Origin: a virus
Taxonomy: Duplodnaviria; Caudoviricetes
DNA length: 48,487 nt
Reading direction: 5' to 3' (one strand)
IMG/VR virus record: IMGVR_UViG_3300044788_000021
Span: 1 to 48,487 of that record
Part shown: positions 17,036-26,844 of the stretch, in pieces
Position numbering within the stretch: position 1 is the stretch's first letter
Layout of the letters: each line of letters starts with the position of its first letter
Position numbers and translations under genes: made by a program
Notes under the pieces: model-generated
Told to the model about the DNA's origin: nothing
What the model saw: the letters and a program-made list of their open reading frames with translations, nothing else
Database searches by the model: none

Positions 17036-19114
17036 ATGGCCCTCTCTCGCGGCGGTAGCGGCGGCGGCCCGGGCGGCGGGCAGCCGATCGTCCAGCGCAT
17101 CAGCCTCGCCGGTGCCGAGGAGGTAAGGCGCCTCCTCGAGCAGATGGGGACGCAGGGCGAAAAGGCGGCCGCGCAGATCGGCACCGCGATGGCCGCGTCC
17201 GGCGGCAACACCGCGGCGCTCGGCACAGCAGTCGAGGGCGCGTTCACCAAGATCGGTGCCTCCACCGCGCAACTAAAGCCGGTGCACGAAAATCTCAAGG
17301 AGATGCACGCCGGTTCTTTGCGGTTCGGAGCGTCGCTCGCGGGGCTCGCCGATGTCATCATGCCCAACCTAACGTCCAAGATGGGAGCCGGCCTCGCCGG
17401 CGTCGGGCTAGCGGTAAAAGGCATCCTCACCGGCGCAGAGGACGGCATCCTCAAATTGCGCAATATGTCGATCCAGTCCGGCCAGTCGATCGCCACGCTC
17501 AAAGGGGTGGAGGACGTTTTTCAGAACGCGGGCGTGCCTGTTGAAAAGATGGGCACCTTCATGGGCAAGTTTGCTGAGGAGGCCGGCAAGGCGCGCCTGG
17601 AAGCGGCCAAACTTGACGGCCCGCTCGGCAGCCCGTTTGAAAAAGCATCGGAAACGGTGACGGTTCTCCGGGCCGATCTCAACAAGGTGAATGCATCGTT
17701 TGACGGCACGACGACGGTGCTGCACGGCGCCACCCAGGCGGTCCGAGATACATCGACCGCCTTCGCGTCGCTGGGCATCAATGCCGAGGTGCTGAAACGC
17801 TTTCCCGATACCTTCGAGGGCAATAACGCGCTGCTGATTGAATTCTCCCGGCGCCTGGGCTTGGTTCAAAACAAAACCGAGCTCGCGCGCATCGGCGTCC
17901 AGGAATGGAGCAAGACATGGAAGCAAGAGGCCGCCGGGGCTATCGCCATCGCGGCGAACCTCGAGAAGGAGATGGCCGACCGCGTGGCGAAGGGGCTTGT
18001 CATGCCCAAGGAGGCGGTCGATCGCGCACTCGAATACACAAGGGCGGTGAAAGACCTCGGCGATCAATGGGAGCACACGGTCCAGGAGATCGGCGTCGCC
18101 ATCTTCCCGCTTTTCACCGAAATGGCAAAGCGGACCGAGGAGTCGGTCGGCCTCATGCGCGGCATGTTCGGCGCGTTTTCCGAGATGGTTGTCGCGGCCT
18201 GGAAAACGATCGAACGGGAATGGGGCATCAGCTTAGGCGGGATGAAGGTCAGCGCCGACGACTTCAAAAAGGCGGTGATTGCGAATCTCGCGTCAATAAT
18301 GCCGGGCCTGTCGCTGGCGCTGAAAACAATCGAAGCGATACGTGGGCTCGGCAAGGGCGGAGGCGGATCGCCGGGATTTGATTCCAACACCGGCCTACCG
18401 TTCCCGGGAGACGCCGGCCCCAGTGGGCAAGTCGGATGGCCCGAGAAGAGCGTCGGCGAGCAGATGTCCGGCGGCAGGAGCGTGCCGGGAAGCGGTGTGT
18501 ACGACGTGCCCATACCGGCGGCTTCTGGCACGGGCGGCGGCGGGGGAGGCGGTGGCGGTGGCGGCGGTTTCGCCCAGTACACCGGGCCGGGTCCGGTCCC
18601 GGAATCGCCCGTCTCGTCAGACACGAGGTCCGTCCTGCCGGTCAGCGAGGTCAACTGGAAATTCGTGAAGATGCCGGAACAGGATTACGGCGGCGGCGGC
18701 GATACCGGCGTTGGCCAGCCTTTCCCGTTCACGTCACCATTTTATGCATCTGGCGGACAGATCCACGGTCCGGCCGGGCGGGATCGGGTGCCGGTGATGG
18801 CGACCGCCGGCGAGTTCATGCACAACGTCCGCGCGGTCCAGTTCTACGGGCTTGATTTCATGCGCAGGCTCAATCGGATGCAGGTCCCACGATTTGAGAT
18901 GGGCGGCCTCATCGAGTCGATATCAGGCATGCAGCACCTCGCCGGCGGCGGCATGGTCCGGGCTGGTGCCGGTGGCGGCGGTCAATCTGAGTTCACCATC
19001 GTGCTCGACAACACTCCGCACAGCGTGCGGGCCGATCGCGCGGTCGCCTCAAGCCTGCTGCGCACCGCGATCAAGGAGAAGATCCTCCGCAACGGCCGCG
19101 AGCCCAGCAGGTGA
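17036..19114 (+). CDS. Tail tape measure protein
   Basis: Long Ala-rich helical region; C-terminal FYASGGQIHGP...DRVPVMATAGEFM...PRFEMGG motif typical of tape measures; Gly/Pro-rich linker. Confidence 0.8.
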   Translation: MALSRGGSGGGPGGGQPIVQRISLAGAEEVRRLLEQMGTQGEKAAAQIGTAMAASGGNTAALGTAVEGAFTKIGASTAQLKPVHENLKEMHAGSLRFGASLAGLADVIMPNLTSKMGAGLAGVGLAVKGILTGAEDGILKLRNMSIQSGQSIATLKGVEDVFQNAGVPVEKMGTFMGKFAEEAGKARLEAAKLDGPLGSPFEKASETVTVLRADLNKVNASFDGTTTVLHGATQAVRDTSTAFASLGINAEVLKRFPDTFEGNNALLIEFSRRLGLVQNKTELARIGVQEWSKTWKQEAAGAIAIAANLEKEMADRVAKGLVMPKEAVDRALEYTRAVKDLGDQWEHTVQEIGVAIFPLFTEMAKRTEESVGLMRGMFGAFSEMVVAAWKTIEREWGISLGGMKVSADDFKKAVIANLASIMPGLSLALKTIEAIRGLGKGGGGSPGFDSNTGLPFPGDAGPSGQVGWPEKSVGEQMSGGRSVPGSGVYDVPIPAASGTGGGGGGGGGGGGFAQYTGPGPVPESPVSSDTRSVLPVSEVNWKFVKMPEQDYGGGGDTGVGQPFPFTSPFYASGGQIHGPAGRDRVPVMATAGEFMHNVRAVQFYGLDFMRRLNRMQVPRFEMGGLIESISGMQHLAGGGMVRAGAGGGGQSEFTIVLDNTPHSVRADRAVASSLLRTAIKEKILRNGREPSR

Positions 19115-19548
19115 CGACACCGCCCGATACCGTCCTCGTCATCACCGGCATTGGCCTATCGCCGTTCTCCGCGCGCGGAGTGACTCAGACCTATTCTGTG
19201 ATCGACCCGGCCAAGAACTTCGACCGCACCGCGAACGGGAAGCTGATAAATTATTCGCCGGACCAGTTCAAGAAATACGCCTCGACAATCACCTTCAATG
19301 ATACCGACACGCCGGCGCTCGACGGGGTCTTCCCCGGCGACGTGGTGGTGGTCGATTGGGTCCAGGAGTTCAGCTATCTGACCGCTGGCGGCTCGCCCGC
19401 GCGCGAGGTCGTCGAGGATAGCGAGCGGGTCGAGGGCGTTTTCACCTTCTATCGCCCGCGCATGACGATGCTGGTCAAGGACGTCTCGGGCTCGACCCCG
19501 GAGTGGGATGCGATGAGCCCGGCGCAGCTCGACCTCGAAGAGGAGTGA
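19111..19548 (+). CDS. Distal tail-like protein
   Basis: Follows the tape measure; RTANGKL, KYASTI, terminal LDLEE. Confidence 0.65.
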   Translation: MTTPPDTVLVITGIGLSPFSARGVTQTYSVIDPAKNFDRTANGKLINYSPDQFKKYASTITFNDTDTPALDGVFPGDVVVVDWVQEFSYLTAGGSPAREVVEDSERVEGVFTFYRPRMTMLVKDVSGSTPEWDAMSPAQLDLEEE

Positions 19549-19549
19549 G

Positions 19550-21685
19550 ATGCCCGGCCCGTTCTATTTCGCCTGGACCGACGAGGCGACGGTCTGGGCA
19601 CCGGAGCTTGAGCGCGAGGATGAGGAAATCTCCGAATACGAGCTCTCCGATGCCGAGGGTAGCTTTCCCTCGTTGCAGATCACCTTCAAGAATCCCCGCG
19701 TAGGTCTCCTGGGGCCGGACCGGCAGCAATGGTGCTGGTTCTCCTGGTTCAGCGGCGCCGCGGTCATCCCCTTGTTTCACGGCCGCGTAGTCGCCAACCC
19801 CGAGAACATCCACGCCGAGGCCGTCACGGCGATGTTCGTCGCAAAGCCGAGCGATTATGTCGAGCAGAAGGCGGCGCTCGCGGCAACGATGCGCGAGTTG
19901 CCGTTCCACGATCCGATCTTCCAGGAACAGCAGGAGGTCGACGACGACACGGTCCTAGAGACGCGCATCATGCATTGGCAGGTCGACCCCTTAACGCTGC
20001 AGCTCGGGGTCTCGAACGACCTGGAGGGCGACGAGACGATCGAGGTCACCGCCGACGATCATTCCTATTCGGCGATGGAGACCGGCTACGGCGAAACGCC
20101 GCTGCGCCGCGTCATCGTCAAGGCGACCGGGAACTACGTGCAGACGGCGCAAGTCGAGGTCGATCTGACGCAGCGTCTGGTCAACGCCTTCAAGGGCGCC
20201 GGATCAATCTACCCTTATCCGCTGGTCGCTAGCTTCACCGCCGAGGGCCTGCTCGACGACTGGCCAAAACCGGGGCAGAGCCTGGGCGGGGGCTGGGCGA
20301 TGGCGCTCTCATCATTCGCCATCCCGGCGCCATGGGCTGGCTTTGTCCCCTATGCAGTCCGCTATACCGACAAGTCGGACTCAACATCCGTGCTGGGCGC
20401 GGATAAACGCGATGCTCTCGGAAACGCGCTGCCGGGCTTTATCCCGCAAGAATTCTTTATCGGCTGGCGCAATTACGACGTGACCTTCGGCGTCTCGGCG
20501 ATCCTGACCAATTTCAGCGTCCAATGTGATGCCGCGAGGAAGCGCACCGAAGAGGTCACCTTCACGATGACCGCTGACGTGCAGTCGATCCTCACCGATC
20601 CAGGTGCCGCCGAGGAGGAGGTGATTTCGCTGACCACGAGCCTGATCGACCAGCCGGTCGATCCTGACGGGGCGCTACCGATCGGCAACCCGGCCCGCAA
20701 CAGCTACTTTGTCACCGATCGCGGCCAGCAGAGCGTCCAGTTCCTGATGCTCCTGGCCGCGACCAGGCTCTTGCGGCGCTCACGCGCGGTTACCGTAAAG
20801 TTTCGCACTCCTTGGGCGTTCATGGCCGGGATCGTCAGCACGCGCAAAAGCGTGCGACTCCTCGATCCGCGGCTTCCGCGCATCCCCGGCGGCGACGTCG
20901 GCGGTGCCACCGGCAAGATCATTGATTATCGCCTGACCGCCAACGGCAAGGGCGAGAACGTCTGCGAGGTCACGATCGGCTGCACGATCGGCTATGGGGT
21001 TCCGCTGGCCGATGCCGCGGCCGGCGAGGACACCTATGCCGACGATTACGCCGACGACTACACCGAAAGAGAGGGCGCGCAGATAGCGGTCATCCCGAAC
21101 CAGCTGGTCTACGAGGCGCTCGATGGCACCGTCGTCATCGATGATGACGGGCTCGATATGCTGAACCTCACCCCCGAGACGATCGTCACTGAGTTGACCG
21201 TCATCAACGGGCCCGATGAGCAGCATTGGAAGATCGGCAACAGTCTGGTGCCGCAGCACGATACGACGCTTTTCAATGTGCGCGGCAGGGTCAAGGTCGC
21301 CACCGTCACCGACATGAGCGGCTCGCTTGATGGGCTGACCACCGGCGTTACCTATGAGGTCACCGGAATGTCGGTCTTCGGGCTGCACACTGCGGGTGGG
21401 ACGAAGACCACGTTTACCTTCGACGGTATCAACGGCGGCACGCTGTCGCATCCGGTGCCCGATCCCGGATCGGCGTATCCTGATGGGCAACTCATGCCAT
21501 TTTCGCTGAAGCGGCCCAGCGGCGGGTCGGTCACGCCCAATCCAATCGCCGCGCTGACCGAGGCGAAGACGCAAGTGCAACTCGTGCTCGTGTCGACCGA
21601 TGGCGGCGACTTCCTGACTTCAATCGATATCACCGTCTTGCCGCTGGTCGTTCCGAAAACGATCGACCTTGAGGCCGACGCATGA
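19550..21685 (+). CDS. Tail tip / baseplate hub-like protein
   Basis: Acidic 711 aa; FYFAW start, PLFHGRVV, ATGKIIDYRL, EVTIGCTIG; position. Confidence 0.6.
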   Translation: MPGPFYFAWTDEATVWAPELEREDEEISEYELSDAEGSFPSLQITFKNPRVGLLGPDRQQWCWFSWFSGAAVIPLFHGRVVANPENIHAEAVTAMFVAKPSDYVEQKAALAATMRELPFHDPIFQEQQEVDDDTVLETRIMHWQVDPLTLQLGVSNDLEGDETIEVTADDHSYSAMETGYGETPLRRVIVKATGNYVQTAQVEVDLTQRLVNAFKGAGSIYPYPLVASFTAEGLLDDWPKPGQSLGGGWAMALSSFAIPAPWAGFVPYAVRYTDKSDSTSVLGADKRDALGNALPGFIPQEFFIGWRNYDVTFGVSAILTNFSVQCDAARKRTEEVTFTMTADVQSILTDPGAAEEEVISLTTSLIDQPVDPDGALPIGNPARNSYFVTDRGQQSVQFLMLLAATRLLRRSRAVTVKFRTPWAFMAGIVSTRKSVRLLDPRLPRIPGGDVGGATGKIIDYRLTANGKGENVCEVTIGCTIGYGVPLADAAAGEDTYADDYADDYTEREGAQIAVIPNQLVYEALDGTVVIDDDGLDMLNLTPETIVTELTVINGPDEQHWKIGNSLVPQHDTTLFNVRGRVKVATVTDMSGSLDGLTTGVTYEVTGMSVFGLHTAGGTKTTFTFDGINGGTLSHPVPDPGSAYPDGQLMPFSLKRPSGGSVTPNPIAALTEAKTQVQLVLVSTDGGDFLTSIDITVLPLVVPKTIDLEADA

Positions 21686-22329
21686 AGATCGAGCAAATTG
21701 TCCGGCCGTTCCAGGCGACAGCCGTCTTCGGCGCTCGCCGCATCGTATCGAGCTCGGTCCTAGTCGAGGTCCGGGAGGCGGGGATTACATGGGGCGTCGC
21801 CGGCCCGATGCCGACCCCGGTGGAATCGCCCGAGCCCGGCCCGGTGCCACCGTTCGACATCCGCGTGAAGGGGCTCAACCAAAGGAATATCCAGCAGCCG
21901 GCAAAGGACGTTCTGGAGAGGGTGAAGATCCAGCAGGAGGGCAACCCCGACAATTTCGTAGTGGTTGAGCGGCTGAAAAAGGCGACCTTCAAGGACCCGA
22001 AGCCGCGCTATCTCACGAGCCCCAGCGAGCCCGTCAAGAGCGCTCCCGGAGCTCCGATCGGACCGACCACCTATGCCCCCGGCCCCGGCATCCCGGGGTC
22101 CGAGGGGACGCCCATGCCCAACAGCATGGGGACCGAGACGGTGGCACCGGCGGGCTGGGCGGGTGTCGAGGTTCCGATGCAGGGGCCGCGCGGCGACGCC
22201 ATCCCCTACAATGCCGCGGTCATCCGTGCGCGTGCGGCAGCGGCCGCGCCGCCGCCGGTTAAATTCGACACCCACGAATACGAGTTCACCTATCCGCCGC
22301 CCGGCCCCAACGAAACGCCGATGCCGTGA
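21682..22329 (+). CDS. Pro-rich tail-associated protein
   Basis: ATGA overlap; IEQIVRPFQ...NPDNFVVVERLKK. Confidence 0.6.
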   Translation: MKIEQIVRPFQATAVFGARRIVSSSVLVEVREAGITWGVAGPMPTPVESPEPGPVPPFDIRVKGLNQRNIQQPAKDVLERVKIQQEGNPDNFVVVERLKKATFKDPKPRYLTSPSEPVKSAPGAPIGPTTYAPGPGIPGSEGTPMPNSMGTETVAPAGWAGVEVPMQGPRGDAIPYNAAVIRARAAAAAPPPVKFDTHEYEFTYPPPGPNETPMP

Positions 22330-23384
22330 GCGACGACAACCTGCCGATCGAGGGAACGCTTGCCCATCCGTTCCGGTTCGATCCGCGGCAGCGGATCATC
22401 GCGGTCCAGTGGAGCGGCGGTATCGGCGTCCTGCAGGTCGACAAGCCAACCGGCATCCAGACCGAGTTCGACACCTCCAGTGGAAGGCATATCGGCCCGT
22501 TCCCGGCCGACCACCTGGTCGAGCGCGCGGACTTTCTGGAGATCATCAATCGGCTGGTGTTTTCGCCAAAGGACCCGCCGGTGCTGCGCAACCTCTATGG
22601 GGGCAGCACCGATATCATCTGGGTAATCGAGGAATTCAAGGCGGCACCAGGCCCAAGGATTGGCTCTCTGCTGCGCTCGCCTCCCGACGCCGAATGGGAC
22701 CGGTACGTCAACCTGCCGGAAGTGCCGCCGGGGTCGCCCATCGGCTACGCGGCAGAGAACCCCGCCGGATATCTCGCGCACCAGGCGCGCTATTCCGGCG
22801 AGGGCTATCGCTGGATTGAAGTCTCCGACCTGAAGTTGCTGTCGGAAGAGGACACGGCGCACCCCGCGTTCTTTCCGTATCTCTACGGCGATACCTGGGC
22901 TGACCACGTTTATGGGGCCCGCACCGGCCTCGGGCATCTCGTCGGGACCGCCGATTCGCACAGCTTTGTCGGCGGCGATCCCGACATCCCGCTCAACTTC
23001 GGCTCACAGCAGTTCGATGATTTCGCTCCGGCGTACAAAGTGGCGTGGGGCCTAGGCGAGCGCGCGACCAGCAACGACTACACGCGCGACCTCATCCGGG
23101 AATTGTACTTCATCGACTTCAAGCGGATGCGGGACGCCAAGGTCGACACGTTGAAGGTCAGTAACCCCGTGTTATTCCCGATCTTCGACGACAAGCTGCC
23201 GCCGGACATGCCGATCATCTACACGCTGAGGATTTTCAGCGCCTCGACGAAGTTCAAACTCACGGCCTCGACGGTGATGCCCGACCCGCCGGAACTGCTA
23301 CCGCGGTACACCGCGACCAAGTCCATTTCGTATCGCACGACCGGGCCGCTCTTCGCGATCAACCAAGGGGGCTTTGTGGTCTGA
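22326..23384 (+). CDS. Hypothetical tail-associated protein
   Basis: GTGA overlap, 352-aa ORF in the tail operon. Confidence 0.6.
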   Translation: MSDDNLPIEGTLAHPFRFDPRQRIIAVQWSGGIGVLQVDKPTGIQTEFDTSSGRHIGPFPADHLVERADFLEIINRLVFSPKDPPVLRNLYGGSTDIIWVIEEFKAAPGPRIGSLLRSPPDAEWDRYVNLPEVPPGSPIGYAAENPAGYLAHQARYSGEGYRWIEVSDLKLLSEEDTAHPAFFPYLYGDTWADHVYGARTGLGHLVGTADSHSFVGGDPDIPLNFGSQQFDDFAPAYKVAWGLGERATSNDYTRDLIRELYFIDFKRMRDAKVDTLKVSNPVLFPIFDDKLPPDMPIIYTLRIFSASTKFKLTASTVMPDPPELLPRYTATKSISYRTTGPLFAINQGGFVV

Positions 23385-24139
23385 TGGTCGCAATCACCCT
23401 GCGCGCGGGACTTACGCGCAACCTCACCGCCGCCGAGGCCGACCAGAATATGATCAACCTGGACGCGGCAATCTTTGCCCTGGAGAACGACCGGCCGCAG
23501 CCGAACAGCATCGCCTCGATCACCCGAGACGCAGGAGGAGCCACCGAGACCTATCAGATGACCGATGGCACGGTCATCGGGCCGTTGCCGCTCACGGTGC
23601 TCAGCTTCCGGGTCCGCGGCGCATGGCTGCCGTTCACGCTGTACGAGTTCCCCGATGTCGTCGAGGTAGAGGGCGTCGGCGCGTTCGTCGTGATGGTCTC
23701 GCACACAAGCGGCGCGGAGTTCGACCCAGCCCTCTTGGTCGAGGGCGATGCGGCATACCGGAAGTTCGCTGGCGAGCCGGCATCAGCCGCCTCGGCGATC
23801 TATGACCTGGTGATCTCCTACCAGGGCCGCCTCTCCGACATGACGCTGCCGATCGTCATTCCGATGCTGCATCCGATCAAGATCCCGGAAGTGGGGGCGC
23901 ACGTTGCGCACCTCACCGAGCCGCCATCGACCGCCGATCAGGTGCTGCAGCTCTTCCACAACGCAACCCAGATCGGCACGGTAACGTGGCTTATCGGGGA
24001 AGAGGTGGGGACGATCGTCTTCACCGCCGATGAGACGTTCGCGGCCGGCGATTTCTTCTCGGTCGGCCTGCCGGCCGCGGCCGATGCGACCGCAGCCGGT
24101 ATGTCTTTGGGCGTGGCGGCGCAAAGGGTGCTCCCGTAA
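23384..24139 (+). CDS. Tail fibre adaptor-like protein with a CBM5/12-like module
   Basis: NLTAAEADQNMINL N-terminus; RGAWLPFTLYEFPDVV...VSHTSGAEFD module; C-terminal beta-sandwich (FAAGD). Confidence 0.55.
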   Translation: MVAITLRAGLTRNLTAAEADQNMINLDAAIFALENDRPQPNSIASITRDAGGATETYQMTDGTVIGPLPLTVLSFRVRGAWLPFTLYEFPDVVEVEGVGAFVVMVSHTSGAEFDPALLVEGDAAYRKFAGEPASAASAIYDLVISYQGRLSDMTLPIVIPMLHPIKIPEVGAHVAHLTEPPSTADQVLQLFHNATQIGTVTWLIGEEVGTIVFTADETFAAGDFFSVGLPAAADATAAGMSLGVAAQRVLP

Positions 24140-24140
24140 C

Positions 24141-25961
24141 GTGCCGGCAACCGTCGTCATTGCCGTCATACCGGAGGTTCCGCCGACCTTTGCTGCGGAC
24201 GAGCTCGGGGACCGCATTTTCGCGCACCGGCCGCAATTCGGCCACGACGCGCTCGTCGCCGAGCAGGACCTTCTCGACACGGTCTTTGTGCACGTCCCCA
24301 CGTTCGGCACCGACCGGCTCGTCGAGAGCGCTTTCCCCGACGTCAACCTGCTCGACACCGTCTTCACCCACGTCCCGACGTTCGGCGGCACCGATGAGCT
24401 GGCCGAGGCGCCGCCGGACGAAATCCTGCGTGATACGATCTTCACCCACGTTCCAACGTTCGGCACCGATGAGCTGGCCGAGGCGCCGCCGGACGAAATC
24501 CTGCGTGATACGATCTTCACCCACGTTCCAACGTTCGGCACGGACGAGTTGGAAGCGAACAGCACCGGCGCGGGGGTCTCGGTCGGCACCTCAACCGCAG
24601 CGGCGCTGGCGACGGGCTTATTTATAGGAGCCGGCGAGTCGGTAGGAACATCGACCGCGGCGGCGGTGGCTTCGTCCACGGTATCGGATGGCTCCTCAGC
24701 AGGGACTTCTACAGTGGCGGCGAGGGCCGGGCCCGGGACCATATGGGACAGCGGCAACAAGCATGCCGACATCGTCCTTGGCCGGGGCGATACTGTCGCC
24801 GGCAAGACCGCGAGCAATGGTACCTGGCGCACCGTCCTCGCGAACACGTCAAAATCGACCGGCAAGTGGTATCTCGAATATTACGTCAACATATTCAACG
24901 GCTCCGGCTGGCTCGCCGGCTTCGGGAATTCCAGCACCTCTAAAACGACGTTTGCCGGCGCCGATACAAACTCGATCGGCATGCAGCTGCGGTCATCCTC
25001 GACCGCGATCCTCATCTACAACGGCTCGACAATCGCTACCTGGTGGAGCATCACCAACCCGTTCGGCTATGTCGTTTCGATGGCGATCGACCTTGACGCG
25101 AAACTGATCTGGGTCCGCACCGACCGCAACACGACATGGAATAACAACGGCTCTGCGGACCCAGCGACCGGAGTGGGCGGGCAGGCCTATTCACCGACCG
25201 GCGCCCTCTTCCCGGTGTTCTCCGCGCTCGACGCGAGCCAGGCGAATTGCGCCACCCTCAACGCTGGTGCGTATCCGTTTTCGATGGCCGCTCCCTCCGG
25301 CTTCACCGCATGGGACACCGGGATGCCGTCGCCGACTGGGTTGGTCGGCACAACCCCCTCGACGTTCAATCCTTCCGACAAGGCGGCGACGGTCACGCTT
25401 AGCAATGGCAACCTCACGGCGACGCAGAACACGACCGCCTCCACGTTCGAGGCGGGGCGCAGCACGACATCGAGGGGATCGGGTCTCGCTTATTTCGAGT
25501 TGACGATCACCTCGCGGAGCAGTTCGAGCGGCCACAATCAAGGGACGGTGTTTGGATTTGCCAATTCGTCGGCGACGCTCACCGGCGGCTACCCGGGCGC
25601 CAACAACAACAGCGTTGGGGCTCAGACTGGGGATAACCCGGGCGGCATCCTCTACAATACCGCCGCCTATGGAACCTACATCGGCACGCAGGTTTCGGCC
25701 GGAGACGTTGTCGGCATCGCCGTCGACATGAACAAGGGTCTCTTCTGGATCAAGAACGTCACGACGGCTTCGAACTGGAACAACAGCGCCTCAGCTGACC
25801 CGGCCGCAGGAGTGGGCGGGTTCGGCGTTCCGACGGTAAGCGATGCCTTTTTCATGTGGGCCGGCGCCAATCTCGGCGTCGTTGCCGATGTCTCGACCGT
25901 CAACTTCGGAGCCGCCGCCTTCGCTGGCACGCTCCCGTCTGGATATGTCGCTTGGGGATAA
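24141..25961 (+). CDS. Fibre/receptor-binding protein with two classes of N-terminal repeat and two SPRY/B30.2-like domains
   Basis: Likely GTG start at 24141; KSTGKWYLE / RGSGLAYFE, VVSMAIDLD / VVGIAVDM, NAGAYPF..APSGFTAW / NFGAAAF..LPSGYVAW. Confidence 0.8.
   Translation: MPATVVIAVIPEVPPTFAADELGDRIFAHRPQFGHDALVAEQDLLDTVFVHVPTFGTDRLVESAFPDVNLLDTVFTHVPTFGGTDELAEAPPDEILRDTIFTHVPTFGTDELAEAPPDEILRDTIFTHVPTFGTDELEANSTGAGVSVGTSTAAALATGLFIGAGESVGTSTAAAVASSTVSDGSSAGTSTVAARAGPGTIWDSGNKHADIVLGRGDTVAGKTASNGTWRTVLANTSKSTGKWYLEYYVNIFNGSGWLAGFGNSSTSKTTFAGADTNSIGMQLRSSSTAILIYNGSTIATWWSITNPFGYVVSMAIDLDAKLIWVRTDRNTTWNNNGSADPATGVGGQAYSPTGALFPVFSALDASQANCATLNAGAYPFSMAAPSGFTAWDTGMPSPTGLVGTTPSTFNPSDKAATVTLSNGNLTATQNTTASTFEAGRSTTSRGSGLAYFELTITSRSSSSGHNQGTVFGFANSSATLTGGYPGANNNSVGAQTGDNPGGILYNTAAYGTYIGTQVSAGDVVGIAVDMNKGLFWIKNVTTASNWNNSASADPAAGVGGFGVPTVSDAFFMWAGANLGVVADVSTVNFGAAAFAGTLPSGYVAWG
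24386..24541 (+). repeat. Exact 75-bp tandem duplication (25-aa unit) within a 5-6 unit degenerate array
   Basis: GGCACCGATGAGCTGGCC...CCAACGTTC at 24387 and 24462; third unit starts at 24537. Confidence 0.95.
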
Positions 25962-25964
25962 TCA

Positions 25965-26405
25965 ATGTCTAAGACCAATGCCTGGGAAAACATGCTTTTA
26001 TTGTTGTTGTTCAACAACACCGACGCGGCGAACATCGGCGACGCGGGCGGGTTGCAGAACAGCGCCACCGCCGGCAGCCTCTATCTATCGCTGCACACCG
26101 CCGACCCGGGCGAGGCCGGCGACCAGACGACGAGCGAGGTCGGCTACACCAGCTATGCCCGCGTCGCGGTAGCGCGATCGGGCGCTGGATTTACCGTCTC
26201 CGGCAATAGCGTGAGCCTCGCGGCCGCCGCCAGCTTCCCGGCCGGGACCGGTGGATCGGGCACGGCAACACATTTCGGTATCGGCACCGCCTCATCGGGC
26301 GCAGGCGTCCTCCTCTACAGCGGGACGGTCACCCCGAACATTGTCACTGGAAACGCCGTAACGCCGCAGCTCTCGACCGCTGCCGGCCTCGTCACGGAGG
26401 ATTAG
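25965..26405 (+). CDS. Small fibre-subunit protein (SLHTADPGE family)
   Basis: LYLSLHTADPGEAG, YARVAV, FPAGTG, ATHFGIG, GVLLYSG motifs of a widespread small phage tail-fibre family. Confidence 0.75.
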   Translation: MSKTNAWENMLLLLLFNNTDAANIGDAGGLQNSATAGSLYLSLHTADPGEAGDQTTSEVGYTSYARVAVARSGAGFTVSGNSVSLAAAASFPAGTGGSGTATHFGIGTASSGAGVLLYSGTVTPNIVTGNAVTPQLSTAAGLVTED

Positions 26406-26409
26406 AGGC

Positions 26410-26820
26410 ATGGCCAATTCGGTCTACCCAAAATACACGAAGGCCGTCCACACCGGCGGCGCCAACACTAATCTGCTGACGTCTTTCCTAAAGCTCGTCC
26501 TGATAGACAGCGGCACCTACACTTACAATGTCGCCGATCAGTTTCTTTCGGACATTCCAGGAGGTGCGCAGCTGAAGATATCGGGGGTATTGACCGGCGT
26601 ATCCGTCAGCGACCTCGGCGCCTTGGATTTCGACAACCCGGTCTTTGCCTCGGTGACGAGTGTCAGCGCCGAGGGCGTGGTTCTGTTCATCGATACCGGA
26701 ACTCCGGGCACCTCCCGCCTCGTCGTCTACAAGGACAGCGGCATTACCGGGTTGCCCGTCACGCCGGCCGGCGCCTCGTACAACTACGTCGTCGATGCGG
26801 CCGGGTTTGTCGTGCTGTAG
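26410..26820 (+). CDS. Small fibre-subunit protein (MAN.VYP family)
   Basis: MANSVYPK...LKLVLID...DQFLSDIP...FIDTGT..TSRLV...GLPVTP motifs. Confidence 0.7.
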   Translation: MANSVYPKYTKAVHTGGANTNLLTSFLKLVLIDSGTYTYNVADQFLSDIPGGAQLKISGVLTGVSVSDLGALDFDNPVFASVTSVSAEGVVLFIDTGTPGTSRLVVYKDSGITGLPVTPAGASYNYVVDAAGFVVL

Positions 26821-26844
26821 CGGCACGCGAGAGAGATCAATCTG

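Noticed and set aside
24386-24541. Possible CRISPR array
   Set aside because: Units are contiguous, in-frame coding repeats with no unique spacers, and no cas genes are present
24740-25961. Diversity-generating retroelement target/template pair
   Set aside because: No reverse transcriptase in the window; the two SPRY domains are broadly diverged rather than differing only at adenines
55-26820. Gene transfer agent or tailocin
   Set aside because: Integrase, attP, immunity switch, replication genes and cos-type packaging indicate an autonomous temperate phage
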